A stretch of 64,000 nt of DNA from Acholeplasma sp. Its GTDB lineage: Bacteria > Bacillota_I > Bacilli_A > Acholeplasmatales > UBA5453. The notes below the pieces were generated by a model that saw only the letters and a list, made by a program, of their open reading frames with translations, made no database searches and had not been told where the DNA came from. Shown here in pieces: positions 51,491-62,438 of the stretch. Where the stretch lies: contig JAVBWN010000001.1 of the NCBI GenBank assembly GCA_036677365.1, forward strand, positions 16,664 through 80,663, given 5' to 3'. Numbering within the stretch: position 1 is the first letter of the stretch; each line of letters begins with the position of its first letter. Both the position numbers and the translations under genes were made by a program.

Positions 51491-53082
51491 TGTATCTAAA
51501 ACTCGTATCCGTATTTTTTAAAGAGAATTTTTCATTAAAGCGACTATTTGGGTTTGATTTAAAGAAAAACAAAACCAAAACGATTTTGATTGGGTTTGCG
51601 ATTATATATGCACTGTCTGCATACATGTTTGGTTTTGGCTATATGTTCTTTGATTTGGCAAAAATCATGAATGAAGCCAATCAAGTTCAAGTCATATTGT
51701 CATTCTCAGTCACTTACGTCATAGGCTTATCGGTCATGATGACGCTGTTTAGGGCGAGTGGATATTTATTCCATTACAAAGATTACGATATTTTAGCCCC
51801 ACTACCGATCCCCGATTTCGTGGTTTTATTGGGTAAGATTACCGTCATGTTGTTGATGATTTATATCACATCTTTCTTTTTCGTCTTACCGATTGCTTTC
51901 GCATACTTTTTCTTTCAAGGGGTATCGTTCCTAGGATTGTTATATTTCTTACTTGGATTCTTATTGACACCACTCATCCCTTTGGTGGTCTTGGCGTTCG
52001 TGTCTTTAGGATTGGATTACATCACTAAAAAACTACCTTTCGCAAAAATCCTAAACATCATCCTATTATTCGTGATTTTCTTAGGCATATTCGCTTTATC
52101 ATTTACATTTAATGACACAGAAGTGAATCCGCTAACCGGTCAAATCGATATGGTCAAAGGGTTGAGCGATGTTTACCCACTCATTGGTTGGTACATCGAT
52201 GCTGTCCATGAATTAAATCATTTGCATATGCTTTATTATCTTTTGGTATCGCTTGGCACATTTGGATTATTCATTTTAGTGGTCAATCGAGTGATTCGAA
52301 AAACGAATCAATCCAAAAATAAAGGGTATATCAGTAAGAAAACCAAAGTCAATTATGATTCTAAAGGATTGGTCTTTACGATGGTGATTAAAGAAATCAA
52401 AAAGTATTTCTCCATCCCAATCTACGCAGTCAATACAGGGTTAGGTCCCGTCATCCTCATCGTGATTGGTGTCGCATCCTTCTTTTTCAAAAATGACATT
52501 CAAAGTTTCCTCAGTCAAATGATGGAAGTAGACTTACCACTTGAGCCATTGTTACTCATACTATTTGGATTTTCGATTGTGATGACCTATACCCCAGCCG
52601 TGAGTTTATCGCTAGAAGGTAAAAACTTTTGGATTTTGAAGAGCTTACCTATTGAACCTAGGACCATCATGATTTCAAAAATCATCTTCAATTTAGTTTT
52701 AATCATCCCGATTGGTTTGATCAGTCTATTGATGTTAGGTATCAACTTGAGTTTAGAACCGTTATCGGTGTTGGTTATGATGTTTGATGTTATCGGGTTA
52801 GCGATTTTATCTTCTTTGATCAATGCCTATCTGAATTTATACATGCCTAAATTTGATTTCCAAAATGAAGTCGAAGTCGTTAAACAAAGCATCGCTTCAT
52901 TTGTGGGTGTTTTTGGTGGGTTCGCCCTCATCGTCACCTTTGGATTTGCTTACTATTTCTTAAGCAAAGCCCTTTCGATGCAAGCCACTTTATTCATCAT
53001 TGGTACGATTATGGTTCTCTTGAGTGGATTGTTATATGTTTATTTAAAGCCGATTTCCGAAAAACAATTTAGGAGTTTCTAA
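51490..53082 (+). CDS. ABC-2 type permease (large multi-TM)
   Basis: KDYDILAPLP, SLSLEGKNFWILKSLP, EVVKQS; translationally coupled to the ATPase. Confidence 0.85.
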   Translation: MYLKLVSVFFKENFSLKRLFGFDLKKNKTKTILIGFAIIYALSAYMFGFGYMFFDLAKIMNEANQVQVILSFSVTYVIGLSVMMTLFRASGYLFHYKDYDILAPLPIPDFVVLLGKITVMLLMIYITSFFFVLPIAFAYFFFQGVSFLGLLYFLLGFLLTPLIPLVVLAFVSLGLDYITKKLPFAKILNIILLFVIFLGIFALSFTFNDTEVNPLTGQIDMVKGLSDVYPLIGWYIDAVHELNHLHMLYYLLVSLGTFGLFILVVNRVIRKTNQSKNKGYISKKTKVNYDSKGLVFTMVIKEIKKYFSIPIYAVNTGLGPVILIVIGVASFFFKNDIQSFLSQMMEVDLPLEPLLLILFGFSIVMTYTPAVSLSLEGKNFWILKSLPIEPRTIMISKIIFNLVLIIPIGLISLLMLGINLSLEPLSVLVMMFDVIGLAILSSLINAYLNLYMPKFDFQNEVEVVKQSIASFVGVFGGFALIVTFGFAYYFLSKALSMQATLFIIGTIMVLLSGLLYVYLKPISEKQFRSF

Positions 53083-53966
53083 TGCATTCAATCAGTTTAG
53101 GTATTTTCATTCTGCTTTGGCTATTTTACGGATTGATGGTGTTTCGAATGTGGACCCATATTCGAGCATCTAAAGACCAATACGATGAAAATAAAATAGA
53201 AACATTTGTAAATGAGTATTTGATAAAACACAACATGAATGACCCAAAACAAGTTAATCTTAAAGTAATGAAGATTGGCTATGTAGTCAAAAAAGTGTCC
53301 CAAACGATTGCCATACTTATGGTTTTTATAGGGTTAATCGTCTTACATACCTATGCTATTCCAAAAGGTTCAAAACCACTCGAATATGACGGTTTAATGT
53401 TTGCTATTATGCCTGCATTTTTGGTGATGCTCACGATGATTGGTTATGTCATATATCCGATTTCATATAAATCACTGGATGTATCTAATTTTATCTATCT
53501 AACAAAGGATAAAATAATGGTCAATGGTGATAGAATTCATGAGTTAAATTTTGATGCAAAATTGGTTCATAAACTGGGCTTTTGGACCTTTACGATATTA
53601 TTCCCATTCTTTATCATGGGATTCCTAACCACAGGCTATTACAATGAAAATGAAGTGGTGTATCGAGGGTACTTTTCATTTCAAACAGAAGTTTATGCAT
53701 ATGATGAGTTGATTGAAGTAAATCGTAATTTTAAAGATTATCGCGGAAAAACGACCAGTGTGCGATATTACATTACCAACGCACAAGGTCAGACGTTGGA
53801 CATCTTGAATGATGATTTTTATGATCAAACAGTTGAAATACATCAATATATTTTGGCTTCTAATCCCAATGTGATTAACCAGTGGACAATCACCCAGAGT
53901 AATTTAGACTATATAAATGAAAAAACTGCACCCATTCAGGCGCAGATTTACGAAATATTTGATTAG
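53082..53966 (+). CDS. Hypothetical membrane protein
   Basis: 294-aa ORF with about 4 TMs, TAATG-coupled to the permease. Confidence 0.7.
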   Translation: MHSISLGIFILLWLFYGLMVFRMWTHIRASKDQYDENKIETFVNEYLIKHNMNDPKQVNLKVMKIGYVVKKVSQTIAILMVFIGLIVLHTYAIPKGSKPLEYDGLMFAIMPAFLVMLTMIGYVIYPISYKSLDVSNFIYLTKDKIMVNGDRIHELNFDAKLVHKLGFWTFTILFPFFIMGFLTTGYYNENEVVYRGYFSFQTEVYAYDELIEVNRNFKDYRGKTTSVRYYITNAQGQTLDILNDDFYDQTVEIHQYILASNPNVINQWTITQSNLDYINEKTAPIQAQIYEIFD

Positions 53967-53990
53967 CAGTTTGTGAAAACAAATTGCTTT

Positions 53991-54959
53991 TTATTTTGTG
54001 GATTCTCTTTCAATCAACTTAACATCCAAAACGCTGTGGAAATCGCCAAGTGGTTCGTCATTTAATAGTTTCACTAAGGACTCTAAAGCGAGCTCACCCA
54101 TGCGACGAATTGGTTGTTCGATGGTGGTAATGGTTGGGGATACCAACTTCGTATAGACGATGTTGTCAAACCCAACGATTTGTACATCCTCAGGGACTTT
54201 ACGACCCAATTTTTGTAAAATGTTTTGTGCGTGGATAGCTAAGAAGTCTGAGGTTGCGAATACAGCGTCGATTTCAGGGTGGTCCTGAATGATTTGAGTG
54301 ATTACATCGATGCTAGGGTTGAGTAAATCGGTATCATAGGAAATATAAGGGATGTTGTTTTGAACCAAGACTTGTCTAAAGCCTAAGGAACGCTCCGATA
54401 CCGTCAGTAAGAACGATGGACCGCGCAGTTCTAAAATATAACGTGCCCCACCAGAAATCAACTTCTGAGCCGCGATGATGCCACCAAGGATGTTGTTTGA
54501 TGTGATGGATGGGATGTTTTCAGATAGAATGTGGTCTACCGTGACAATCGGCAAATCTGACTTAATCAATTGTTCAACGTTGTGAGCATTAGATGCCACG
54601 ATGATACCATCGATGTTGTATTGGGAATAAATGTGGATATAATCTTTTTCACGTTTCGCGTTGTCTTGGGTATTGGATAACATGATTTTGTAACCCAATC
54701 TCATCGCTGAGTTTTCAATACCTTCGATGAGTTCGGCGTAGAACTGTGTATCAAAATGGGGCACCAAAACACCAATCAACTTGGAGTGTTTGTTAAATAA
54801 GCTTCTCGCAAGCTCATTTGGGATATAATTGAGTTGGTGGATTGCATTTTCAACGAGCGCTCTCGTTTCTTCATTCACATACCCTTTTTTGTTAATGACA
54901 CGTGAAACGGTTGCGACACTGACATTTGCTTTTTTTGCGACATCTTTAATGGTTGCCAT
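53991..54959 (-). CDS. LacI-family transcriptional regulator
   Basis: MATIKDVAKKANVSVATVSRVIN, VPEDVQIVGFD, TTIEQP. Confidence 0.93.
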   Translation of the reverse strand: MATIKDVAKKANVSVATVSRVINKKGYVNEETRALVENAIHQLNYIPNELARSLFNKHSKLIGVLVPHFDTQFYAELIEGIENSAMRLGYKIMLSNTQDNAKREKDYIHIYSQYNIDGIIVASNAHNVEQLIKSDLPIVTVDHILSENIPSITSNNILGGIIAAQKLISGGARYILELRGPSFLLTVSERSLGFRQVLVQNNIPYISYDTDLLNPSIDVITQIIQDHPEIDAVFATSDFLAIHAQNILQKLGRKVPEDVQIVGFDNIVYTKLVSPTITTIEQPIRRMGELALESLVKLLNDEPLGDFHSVLDVKLIERESTK

Positions 54960-55029
54960 AGATAACACCTCATGAATATTATATAATAATACTATATTTT
55001 TAGAAAGCAAAAACGAAAGGGACCCCACT

Positions 55030-56307
55030 ATGATCAAAATCATCGGCGCAGGACTTGCCGGCAGTGAAGCTGCTTGGTATCTTGCGAATCAAGGATATAA
55101 AGTAAAACTCTATGAAATGAGACCCATTAAAATGACGCCTGCACATCAAACATCTCAGTTTGCTGAATTGGTTTGTTCGAACTCATTGCGTTCCAATGAC
55201 CCCCACAACGCGGTAGGCATGTTGAAAAATGAAATGATGCGCATTGGCTCACTCATCATGGAAGCAGCGTATCAAAAAGAAGTACCGGCAGGCTCTAGTT
55301 TAGCCGTAGACCGGGTTGGATTCAGTGCTTATGTGACTGAAAAAATAAAACAACACCCAAACATTGAAGTCATCCATGAAGAAGTAACGGACATCGACAT
55401 CGATACCTACACCATCATAGCGACAGGACCACTCACGAGTGACACTTTAAGCGCTAAAATTCAAGCGTTGTTCGATGCGAAACAACTTCATTTTTTCGAT
55501 GCGGTTGCACCAATCATTGATGGCGTAACCATCAATTATGACATCGCCTATTTAAAATCAAGGTACGATAAAGGCGAAGCCGCCTATGTCAACTGCCCGA
55601 TGACCAAAGCACAATATGACCTATTTTATGATGAACTCATGAACGCTGAAAGAGCCACTTTAAAAGACTTTGAAGTCAATGTCTTTGAAGGGTGTATGCC
55701 GGTTGAAATCATGGCTTCTAGAGGCAGAGAAACCCTACTATTTGGACCACTCAAGCCGGTTGGGTTAGAGCACAATAACAACCGTCCTTATGCCGTTGTT
55801 CAACTGAGACAAGACGACGCTGCGCATACGTTATTCAATATCGTGGGTTTTCAAACCAACCTCAAATGGGGCGAACAAAAACGCATCATCCGATTGATTC
55901 CAGGGTTGGAAAATGCCGATATTGTGCGATATGGCGTGATGCATCAAAATACGTATTTAGAATCACCCAACATCTTAAATGGTTGTTATCAATCCAAACA
56001 ATACCCTAAACTGTTTGTCGCGGGACAACTATCTGGGGTAGAAGGTTACATCGAATCTGCGGCCTCAGGTTTATCGGCTGCATATCATTTAGATTTAATT
56101 CTAAAAGGCAAAGACATCGAGCCCTTCCCACGAGAAACGATGATCGGTGCCATGAGTTATTATGTATCTACACCAAACAAAAGTTTTAACCCCATCAATG
56201 CGAATTTAGGGATTTTACCTGCTTTAGACAAACACAAAAAAGCAGATCGTAAACGCCTTTACGCAGAACGCGCTAAACAAGCCTTAGACGATTTCTTAAA
56301 GAGGTAA
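55030..56307 (+). CDS. trmFO: Folate/FAD-dependent tRNA U54 methyltransferase
   Basis: [35 protein letters not shown]. Confidence 0.97.
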   Translation: MIKIIGAGLAGSEAAWYLANQGYKVKLYEMRPIKMTPAHQTSQFAELVCSNSLRSNDPHNAVGMLKNEMMRIGSLIMEAAYQKEVPAGSSLAVDRVGFSAYVTEKIKQHPNIEVIHEEVTDIDIDTYTIIATGPLTSDTLSAKIQALFDAKQLHFFDAVAPIIDGVTINYDIAYLKSRYDKGEAAYVNCPMTKAQYDLFYDELMNAERATLKDFEVNVFEGCMPVEIMASRGRETLLFGPLKPVGLEHNNNRPYAVVQLRQDDAAHTLFNIVGFQTNLKWGEQKRIIRLIPGLENADIVRYGVMHQNTYLESPNILNGCYQSKQYPKLFVAGQLSGVEGYIESAASGLSAAYHLDLILKGKDIEPFPRETMIGAMSYYVSTPNKSFNPINANLGILPALDKHKKADRKRLYAERAKQALDDFLKR

Positions 56308-56311
56308 CTTC

Positions 56312-57229
56312 ATGACAAATGAAATGGCCATACAAACATTTAAAGAGTACCTTTTGATTGAAAAACACTACGCTGAACCGACCATCAAAGCATATACATC
56401 GGACATCACAGCGTTTTTAGAATTCATTCAAAAAGAGGGTTTCGCCGATGCATTGTTAGAGGTCAAAAGAGAACGTATTTTTGGTCATTTCCTGAATCAT
56501 TTGAGTAACCATAATATCAAGAACAAATCCATTACAAGAAAAATTTCTTCACTCAAAGCATTTTATAAATACCATTTCAAAATGAAGCATATCGACGTTA
56601 ACCCCGTCTTAAAACTAAAGTCACCCAAGATTGAAAAAAGATTGCCTAAAGTTGTATCTTCCAAAGAAATCGAACTCATCTATCAGACCATAGACCAAAC
56701 GACACCCTTGGGATTACGGAACTATTTGATTTTTGATTTATTATATTCCACAGGCATCCGTGCATCCGAATTGTGTCAACTGAAAATATCCGATATCGAG
56801 TTATCCAATCAACGCATTTTAATCCATGGAAAAGGGTCTAAAGATCGTTACGTCATCATCCATGATACGTTGAAAGATACGTTTAGAACCTACCTCACCT
56901 ATACCAGACCGATTCTCTTATCCAAAGGGGATACCCTCGACAATAAAGATGTGTTCATCAATTATAAAGGGACGACATTAACCCCACGTGGGCTAAGGGT
57001 GATTTTGAATACACTCTTTGACCGTGCTGGTGAACTCATCCATGTGTCACCACACATGCTTAGACACTCCTTCGCATCCACCCTACTCAACCATGGGGCA
57101 GATTTGAGGGTCGTCCAAGAACTCCTTGGACATGAACATTTGAAAACGACGCAAGTCTACACCCATTTAACCACGGAAAAAATCCGTCAATCCTATAAAG
57201 AAAGCCACCCTAGAGCAACCAAAAAATGA
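56312..57229 (+). CDS. xerC: Tyrosine recombinase XerC/CodV
   Basis: TGIRASE, GKGSKDR, HMLRHSFA, LLGH, TTQVY; follows trmFO as in Bacilli. Confidence 0.85.
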   Translation: MTNEMAIQTFKEYLLIEKHYAEPTIKAYTSDITAFLEFIQKEGFADALLEVKRERIFGHFLNHLSNHNIKNKSITRKISSLKAFYKYHFKMKHIDVNPVLKLKSPKIEKRLPKVVSSKEIELIYQTIDQTTPLGLRNYLIFDLLYSTGIRASELCQLKISDIELSNQRILIHGKGSKDRYVIIHDTLKDTFRTYLTYTRPILLSKGDTLDNKDVFINYKGTTLTPRGLRVILNTLFDRAGELIHVSPHMLRHSFASTLLNHGADLRVVQELLGHEHLKTTQVYTHLTTEKIRQSYKESHPRATKK

Positions 57230-57753
57230 AAAAATTAGCTGACATCATCATCGAATCTGGATTAGAGAATAAAACACCCACCGCGACAAGATTTACCGTG
57301 AGAGCAATCATCTTAAAAGACAAGCAGTTGTTGATGACCTATTCCAAAAAGTTTGACGACTACATGACCCCAGGGGGTGGTGTGGAAGCCGATGAGGACT
57401 TCGTGGTTGCGCTCAAACGCGAACTCGAAGAAGAGGTTGGTGTGGTGGCGAACACCATCGAACCGATTGGGTATATCGAAGAATTGAGAAGTGGACAAAG
57501 GGATGGCATTTTGTATCAAAAGAGTCATTATTATGAAGTGACGATTGCTCATTTGGTAGAAACCAACCCGGAAGATTATGAAATTCGTTTTGGGATGACA
57601 CCAGCCTGGGTGTCGATCGATGAAGTCATAGAACAAAACGATTATCAAATCCGCACCAGATTAAAAAAAGATGGGTTAGAAATCCACCCCTATTCAACAC
57701 TCACAAGAGAAAACATCGTTTTAAAATACATCAAAGAGGTTAAAAAAATATGA
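57226..57753 (+). CDS. NUDIX hydrolase
   Basis: Nudix box GGGVEADED...ALKRELEEEVG. Confidence 0.92.
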   Translation: MKKLADIIIESGLENKTPTATRFTVRAIILKDKQLLMTYSKKFDDYMTPGGGVEADEDFVVALKRELEEEVGVVANTIEPIGYIEELRSGQRDGILYQKSHYYEVTIAHLVETNPEDYEIRFGMTPAWVSIDEVIEQNDYQIRTRLKKDGLEIHPYSTLTRENIVLKYIKEVKKI

Positions 57754-58193
57754 GAAAATTTGAAAAGATCACCGCCTATCAAGCCACCCCGTTTGATTTA
57801 CCAAAACGCGCAACATCCCATTCTGCAGGCTATGATTTGGCGGCCGTCGAAGCGGTAGAAATCAAACCTGGTGACATTCAAAAAGTGTCTACCGGCCTTA
57901 AAGTTTCCATGGAAGATGGTGAGGTATTATTGGTCTTCCCAAGATCCTCATTAGGATTGAAAAAACAATTGATGATGGCCAACAATGTAGGTGTCATTGA
58001 CCAAGATTATTACAACAGCCCAGGGAATGAAGGCCACATCATGATCCCCATTTATAACTTTGGTAAAACCACACAAGTCATTGAAAAAGGCGAAAGGGTA
58101 GCACAAGGCATCTTCGTCCAATACTTGAAAACCGATGACGATATCGCGACCGATGAAAAGCGTATATCAGGGTTTGGTAGTACCGATAAATAA
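57750..58193 (+). CDS. dut: dUTP diphosphatase
   Basis: AGYDL, RSS, GVIDQDY, RVAQG, GFGST. Confidence 0.95.
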   Translation: MRKFEKITAYQATPFDLPKRATSHSAGYDLAAVEAVEIKPGDIQKVSTGLKVSMEDGEVLLVFPRSSLGLKKQLMMANNVGVIDQDYYNSPGNEGHIMIPIYNFGKTTQVIEKGERVAQGIFVQYLKTDDDIATDEKRISGFGSTDK

Positions 58194-58299
58194 GGGTTTA
58201 TTCGCGTATTTACGCAATTCTTAAGATTTATTTATAATTCGCTAAAAAATGGGTTGCAATCTCATTGGATGTGACCTATAATTGATGTATACTTAATCT

Positions 58300-58540
58300 G
58301 GTTTAAGGTGTACTTAGTACATAACAGGGAAGAAAGTTAAAAGCTTTCGCTGCCCCAGCAACCGTAAGATGGACAACTCACAAATACCACTGTGTATAAC
58401 GGGAAGGTGTGATGCGGATGAAATCGAGCCGGTAGACCTACCTAAAACCCAATCAAGTACCGCCTGGGTGATGCGTGTATGAACAACAATTTTTGATTGT
58501 TATTTATATCTATACTCCAGGTGGGTATAGATTTTTTTAT
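58300..58540 (+). promoter_or_regulatory. Cobalamin riboswitch with terminator
   Basis: AAGGT..AACAGGGAA..GCTGCCCCCAGCAACCGT..CCACTG..GGGAAGG..GAGCCGGTAGACCT; TTGCAA-17-TATAAT promoter at 58254-58282; hairpin plus U7 at ~58508-58538. Confidence 0.92.
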
Positions 58541-58568
58541 TGACATCAGAAGGCTGGAGGAGAAAACA

Positions 58569-58961
58569 ATGTCAAAATGGTTTAAAAAGATTTTTTTAGT
58601 TGTGTTTTTACTAACCCTATCATTTGGGTTAGCCGCTTGTCAGGTTAAACCTGAACAAGGCGATAAAGTCCTCATCACGATTGAATTATACGATGAGGTA
58701 TTGTTGGTATCAAAACAGTTCAAAGTGAATGAAAATGTATCTGCAGAAGCTGCCTTAGATGAACATTTAGAAGCGACTTATGAAGTCTATTCATGGGGAA
58801 AAATGCTTTTAACACTCACTTATCAAACCTATAAACTAGAACCCGGCAACCAAGAATTCATTGCGTTTTACATAAACGGCGAATCCTCTATGGTCGGTGT
58901 ATCGGATTATTATGTCAAAGACAATGACGTTTTAGCATTTAAATTAGAAAGCTGGTCTTAG
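58569..58961 (+). CDS. Lipoprotein with DUF4430 (transcobalamin-like) domain
   Basis: Lipobox LAAC; AFYINGESSMVGVSDYYVKDND motif; downstream of the B12 riboswitch. Confidence 0.8.
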   Translation: MSKWFKKIFLVVFLLTLSFGLAACQVKPEQGDKVLITIELYDEVLLVSKQFKVNENVSAEAALDEHLEATYEVYSWGKMLLTLTYQTYKLEPGNQEFIAFYINGESSMVGVSDYYVKDNDVLAFKLESWS

Positions 58962-58962
58962 T

Positions 58963-59496
58963 GTGCGTATTCGAATTTTTGACCTCGTCGTGATGGCGAT
59001 TTTTACAGCCATCATCTTCGTCGTAGAACAAGCCCTATCGTTTATTCCTAACGTCCAATTGACGGTCTTTTTACTGATCCTTTATACCCGTTTGATTGGG
59101 GCAAAAAAAACGATATTTATTGTCATCATTCATACCCTTCTAGACAACATTTACATGGGGACAATGATCTGGCATTTGGTTGTTCCGATGATGATTGGCT
59201 GGTCATTAATTCCCATTTTATTAAGCACAGTCTTTAGAAAAGTTCATAGTGTTTATGGGTTAGCCATCTTCGCTTTTGTCTTTGGTTTTGTTTACGGTAT
59301 TACATTTATCCCATTTCAATCGTATGTTTGGGGATACAATATGTGGCTCTATTTTATGTATGATTTACCGTTTGAATTCGCGATGGGGATCTCTGGGGCA
59401 CTGTCCGTCGCAATCTTATATCAACCGGTATATTATTACATGAATCATGAGATCACCAATTATCAATTATTAGACACAAAACGATATGTTTCCTAA
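58963..59496 (+). CDS. cbrT: Cobalamin ECF S component (CbrT-like)
   Basis: FIPNVQL, FGFVYG, DLPFE motifs; under the B12 riboswitch. Confidence 0.75.
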   Translation: MRIRIFDLVVMAIFTAIIFVVEQALSFIPNVQLTVFLLILYTRLIGAKKTIFIVIIHTLLDNIYMGTMIWHLVVPMMIGWSLIPILLSTVFRKVHSVYGLAIFAFVFGFVYGITFIPFQSYVWGYNMWLYFMYDLPFEFAMGISGALSVAILYQPVYYYMNHEITNYQLLDTKRYVS

Positions 59497-59619
59497 AAGA
59501 AGTCGAAAGATTTCTTTTTCTTTTTGGGGTTTTTTGAATGATTTGATGGGGAATGTGCTTAAATAAAACAAAACGGGTTGCAATCCCATATGTAATATGA
59601 TATAGTTAATAAGGCAGTA

Positions 59620-59705
59620 AAATACACATGCATGAACAGTGGTTTACCAGGTGCCCACACGGGTGGTTGAAACCATGTATGTCATGCAGAGGAAGACTAA
59701 CAAAT
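59620..59705 (+). promoter_or_regulatory. rpsB 5' leader (probable S2 autoregulatory structure)
   Basis: ACACA-TGCATGA...GGTGC...TCATGCA-GAGG stem upstream of rpsB. Confidence 0.6.
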
Positions 59706-59719
59706 GGAGGAAAGAAAAA

Positions 59720-60694
59720 ATGTCAGTCGTTTCAATGAAGCAATTACTTGAATCTGGCGTTCACTTCGGTCACGCAACCAGAAGATGGAACCCAAAGATG
59801 GCTCGTTACATTTACACTGCACGTAACGGCATTTACATCATCGACCTTAAGAAGACTGCAGAGTCTATCGAGAAGGCGTACCAAGCATTGTTCGCCATTG
59901 CACAAAATGGTGGTAAAGTCCTATTCGTAGGTACCAAGAAGCAAGCACAAGAAGCAGTTAAAGAAGAAGCAGCAAGAACAGGTCATTTCTATGTTGACCA
60001 AAGATGGTTGGGTGGAACCTTAACCAACTTCAAAACCATTCGTAGAAGAATTAAGAGATTAAAAGATTTATACGACATGGAAGCACAAGGCACATTCGAA
60101 GTATTACCTAAGAAAGAAGTCATCGGTCTTAAGAAAGAACGCGAAAGACTTGAAAAATTCCTAGGTGGTATCAAAGAAATGCAAAAACTACCTGAAGCCA
60201 TCTTCATCGTAGACCCACGTAAAGAAAGAAATGCCATCCTAGAAGCACGTATCTTGAACATCCCAGTATTCGGTATTGTCGATACCAACTGTGATCCAGA
60301 TGACGTTGACTATGTCATCCCAGCAAATGACGACGCAATCAGAGCCGTAAAACTCATCACTTGGGTTATGGGTAATGCCGTCGTTGAAGCACAAGGTGGC
60401 GTCGTTGAAAAGTTTGAAGATGCTGAAGAAGTCAACATGCAAGAAGCATCTAGAAACGTTGAAAACAAAGAACGTCCAAGACGTCCTCAAAGAGACAATG
60501 CTCAACCTAGAGAAAATAGAGAATACAAGAAGCCTTATGTTAAAAGAGAAGGCCAAGCAGCACCTGCTTCATCCGCTCAACCAACTGAACTAGAAAAACT
60601 AAAAACAAGTGAATTAAGAGAACTTGCAAAAGCAAAGAATGTTCCTGGCTATGAAGATATGAAGAAAGCTGACTTACTTGCAGCATTAAAGTAA
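59720..60694 (+). CDS. rpsB: 30S ribosomal protein S2 with C-terminal extension ending in a Rho-N-like module
   Basis: [26 protein letters not shown]; tail [11 protein letters not shown]...MKKADLL. Confidence 0.97.
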   Translation: MSVVSMKQLLESGVHFGHATRRWNPKMARYIYTARNGIYIIDLKKTAESIEKAYQALFAIAQNGGKVLFVGTKKQAQEAVKEEAARTGHFYVDQRWLGGTLTNFKTIRRRIKRLKDLYDMEAQGTFEVLPKKEVIGLKKERERLEKFLGGIKEMQKLPEAIFIVDPRKERNAILEARILNIPVFGIVDTNCDPDDVDYVIPANDDAIRAVKLITWVMGNAVVEAQGGVVEKFEDAEEVNMQEASRNVENKERPRRPQRDNAQPRENREYKKPYVKREGQAAPASSAQPTELEKLKTSELRELAKAKNVPGYEDMKKADLLAALK

Positions 60695-60795
60695 AAAGGT
60701 AGATAGGGATGTTAAATCATCCCTTTTATTCTAATAAAGAGTACAAAAGAACCAAAAAAAGGTATAATATTATTGAAATTAGGAGGATATTAACC

Positions 60796-61689
60796 ATGGC
60801 AGTTACAGCAGCACAAGTTAAAGAACTAAGAGACATCACTGGTGCAGGGATGTTAGATTGTAAAAAAGCATTAGAACAAACCGATGGCAATATTGAAGCA
60901 GCCGTTACTTATTTAAGAGAAAAAGGGATTGCAAAAGCCGCTAAAAAAGCCGACAGAATTGCCGCTGAAGGTCTATGCAATGTCATCGTTGAAGGCAACG
61001 TTGCCGTCATTTATGAATTAAACTCCGAAACAGACTTCGTCGCTAAGAATGAAAAGTTCTTAAGCCTATTAGACAATTTAGGTCAAATCATTTTAACCAG
61101 TGGTGCAGAAAACACAGAAGCTGCATTACAAGTGGTTAACAATGGTAAAACCGTTGAAACCTTATTGGCAGAAGCGACTGCAACCATCGGTGAAAAAATC
61201 ACTTTAAGACGTGTTCAAAGAGTCGTTAAACAAGACGCTCAAGTGTTTGGTGCTTACAAACACATGGGTGGTAGAATCGCTACCTTATCCGTATTAAACG
61301 GTGGTAACGAAGCGGTTGCGAAAGACATCGCAATGCACGTTGCAGCACAAAAACCACAATACTTAGACCAATCTCAAATTTCTGCAGACTTCATTGCGAA
61401 AGAAAGAGACGTTTTAGTTCACCAAGCGATTGAAGAAAACTCTAAAGAAGCTAAACCAAAACCACAAGCCATCCTTGAAAAGATGGTCGAAGGCCGTTTG
61501 AACAAACAACTCAAAGACATTTGCTTAGTCAACCAACCATTTGTTAAAAACCCAGATGAAACCGTTGAACAATTCGTTAAGAATAACAAAGCAGTCGTTG
61601 TTTCCTTCATCCGTCTAGAAGTGGGCGAAGGCATCGAAAAGAAAGAAACAGACTTTGCTAAAGAAGTCATGGAACAAGTCAGAGCTTAA
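60796..61689 (+). CDS. tsf: Elongation factor Ts
   Basis: [37 protein letters not shown]. Confidence 0.98.
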   Translation: MAVTAAQVKELRDITGAGMLDCKKALEQTDGNIEAAVTYLREKGIAKAAKKADRIAAEGLCNVIVEGNVAVIYELNSETDFVAKNEKFLSLLDNLGQIILTSGAENTEAALQVVNNGKTVETLLAEATATIGEKITLRRVQRVVKQDAQVFGAYKHMGGRIATLSVLNGGNEAVAKDIAMHVAAQKPQYLDQSQISADFIAKERDVLVHQAIEENSKEAKPKPQAILEKMVEGRLNKQLKDICLVNQPFVKNPDETVEQFVKNNKAVVVSFIRLEVGEGIEKKETDFAKEVMEQVRA

Positions 61690-61721
61690 TAAAAAAATCA
61701 AATCTAAAGATCGAGGTGTCT

Positions 61722-62429
61722 ATGAGCTATAAACGCGTATTACTAAAAATGAGTGGAGAAGCGATGAGAGGTCATACGGAATTTGGCATCGATCCTCAAA
61801 CCGTCATGAAATTAGCAAAAGAAGTCAAGGATGTTAAAGACCTTGGCATCGATGTTGGTATCGTGGTTGGTGGTGGGAACATTTGGCGTGGTAAAACCGC
61901 TGAAGGTCTCGGGATGGATCGTGCACAAGCCGACTACATGGGCATGTTAGCCACCATCATGAATGGATTGGCACTACAAGATGCACTTGAAAAACTCGGT
62001 GTGCCTACCCGTGTCATGAGTTCCTTGAACGTTTCAGAAGTATGCGAACCATACATCCGTAGACGTGCCACACGTCACATGGAAAAAGGTCGCGTTGTAG
62101 TATTTGTAGGCGGGACTGGATCACCTTACTTCTCGACCGACACCGCAGCCGCACTTCGCGCTGCTGAAATCGACGCAGAGGTCATATTGATGGCTAAAAA
62201 CGGGGTTGAAGGGGTTTACAACAAAGACCCAAGAAAATTCACGGACGCCATCATGTACAATGAATTAACCCACAAATTCGTCTTAGAACACGGGCTAGAA
62301 ATTATGGATTCCACCGCAGCTAGCTTGTGCAAAGATAACCACATCGATCTCATCGTATTTAATATGAACCAAGAAGGCAACATCAAAAAAGCCGTCTTAG
62401 GTGAAAAATTAGGCACCATTGTAAAATAG
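61722..62429 (+). CDS. pyrH: UMP kinase
   Basis: [28 protein letters not shown]. Confidence 0.98.
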   Translation: MSYKRVLLKMSGEAMRGHTEFGIDPQTVMKLAKEVKDVKDLGIDVGIVVGGGNIWRGKTAEGLGMDRAQADYMGMLATIMNGLALQDALEKLGVPTRVMSSLNVSEVCEPYIRRRATRHMEKGRVVVFVGGTGSPYFSTDTAAALRAAEIDAEVILMAKNGVEGVYNKDPRKFTDAIMYNELTHKFVLEHGLEIMDSTAASLCKDNHIDLIVFNMNQEGNIKKAVLGEKLGTIVK

Positions 62430-62438
62430 GAGGATAAG

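Noticed and set aside
56312-57229. Tyrosine recombinase as a prophage or island integrase
   Set aside because: Size, motifs and position after trmFO match housekeeping XerC/CodV; no att repeats, tRNA or phage genes nearby
33352-60795. N-terminal extensions in the ORF track (antiporter, gap, kbl, folT, LacI, rpsB, tsf)
   Set aside because: They run through riboswitches, promoters or upstream genes; strong RBSs mark downstream ATGs
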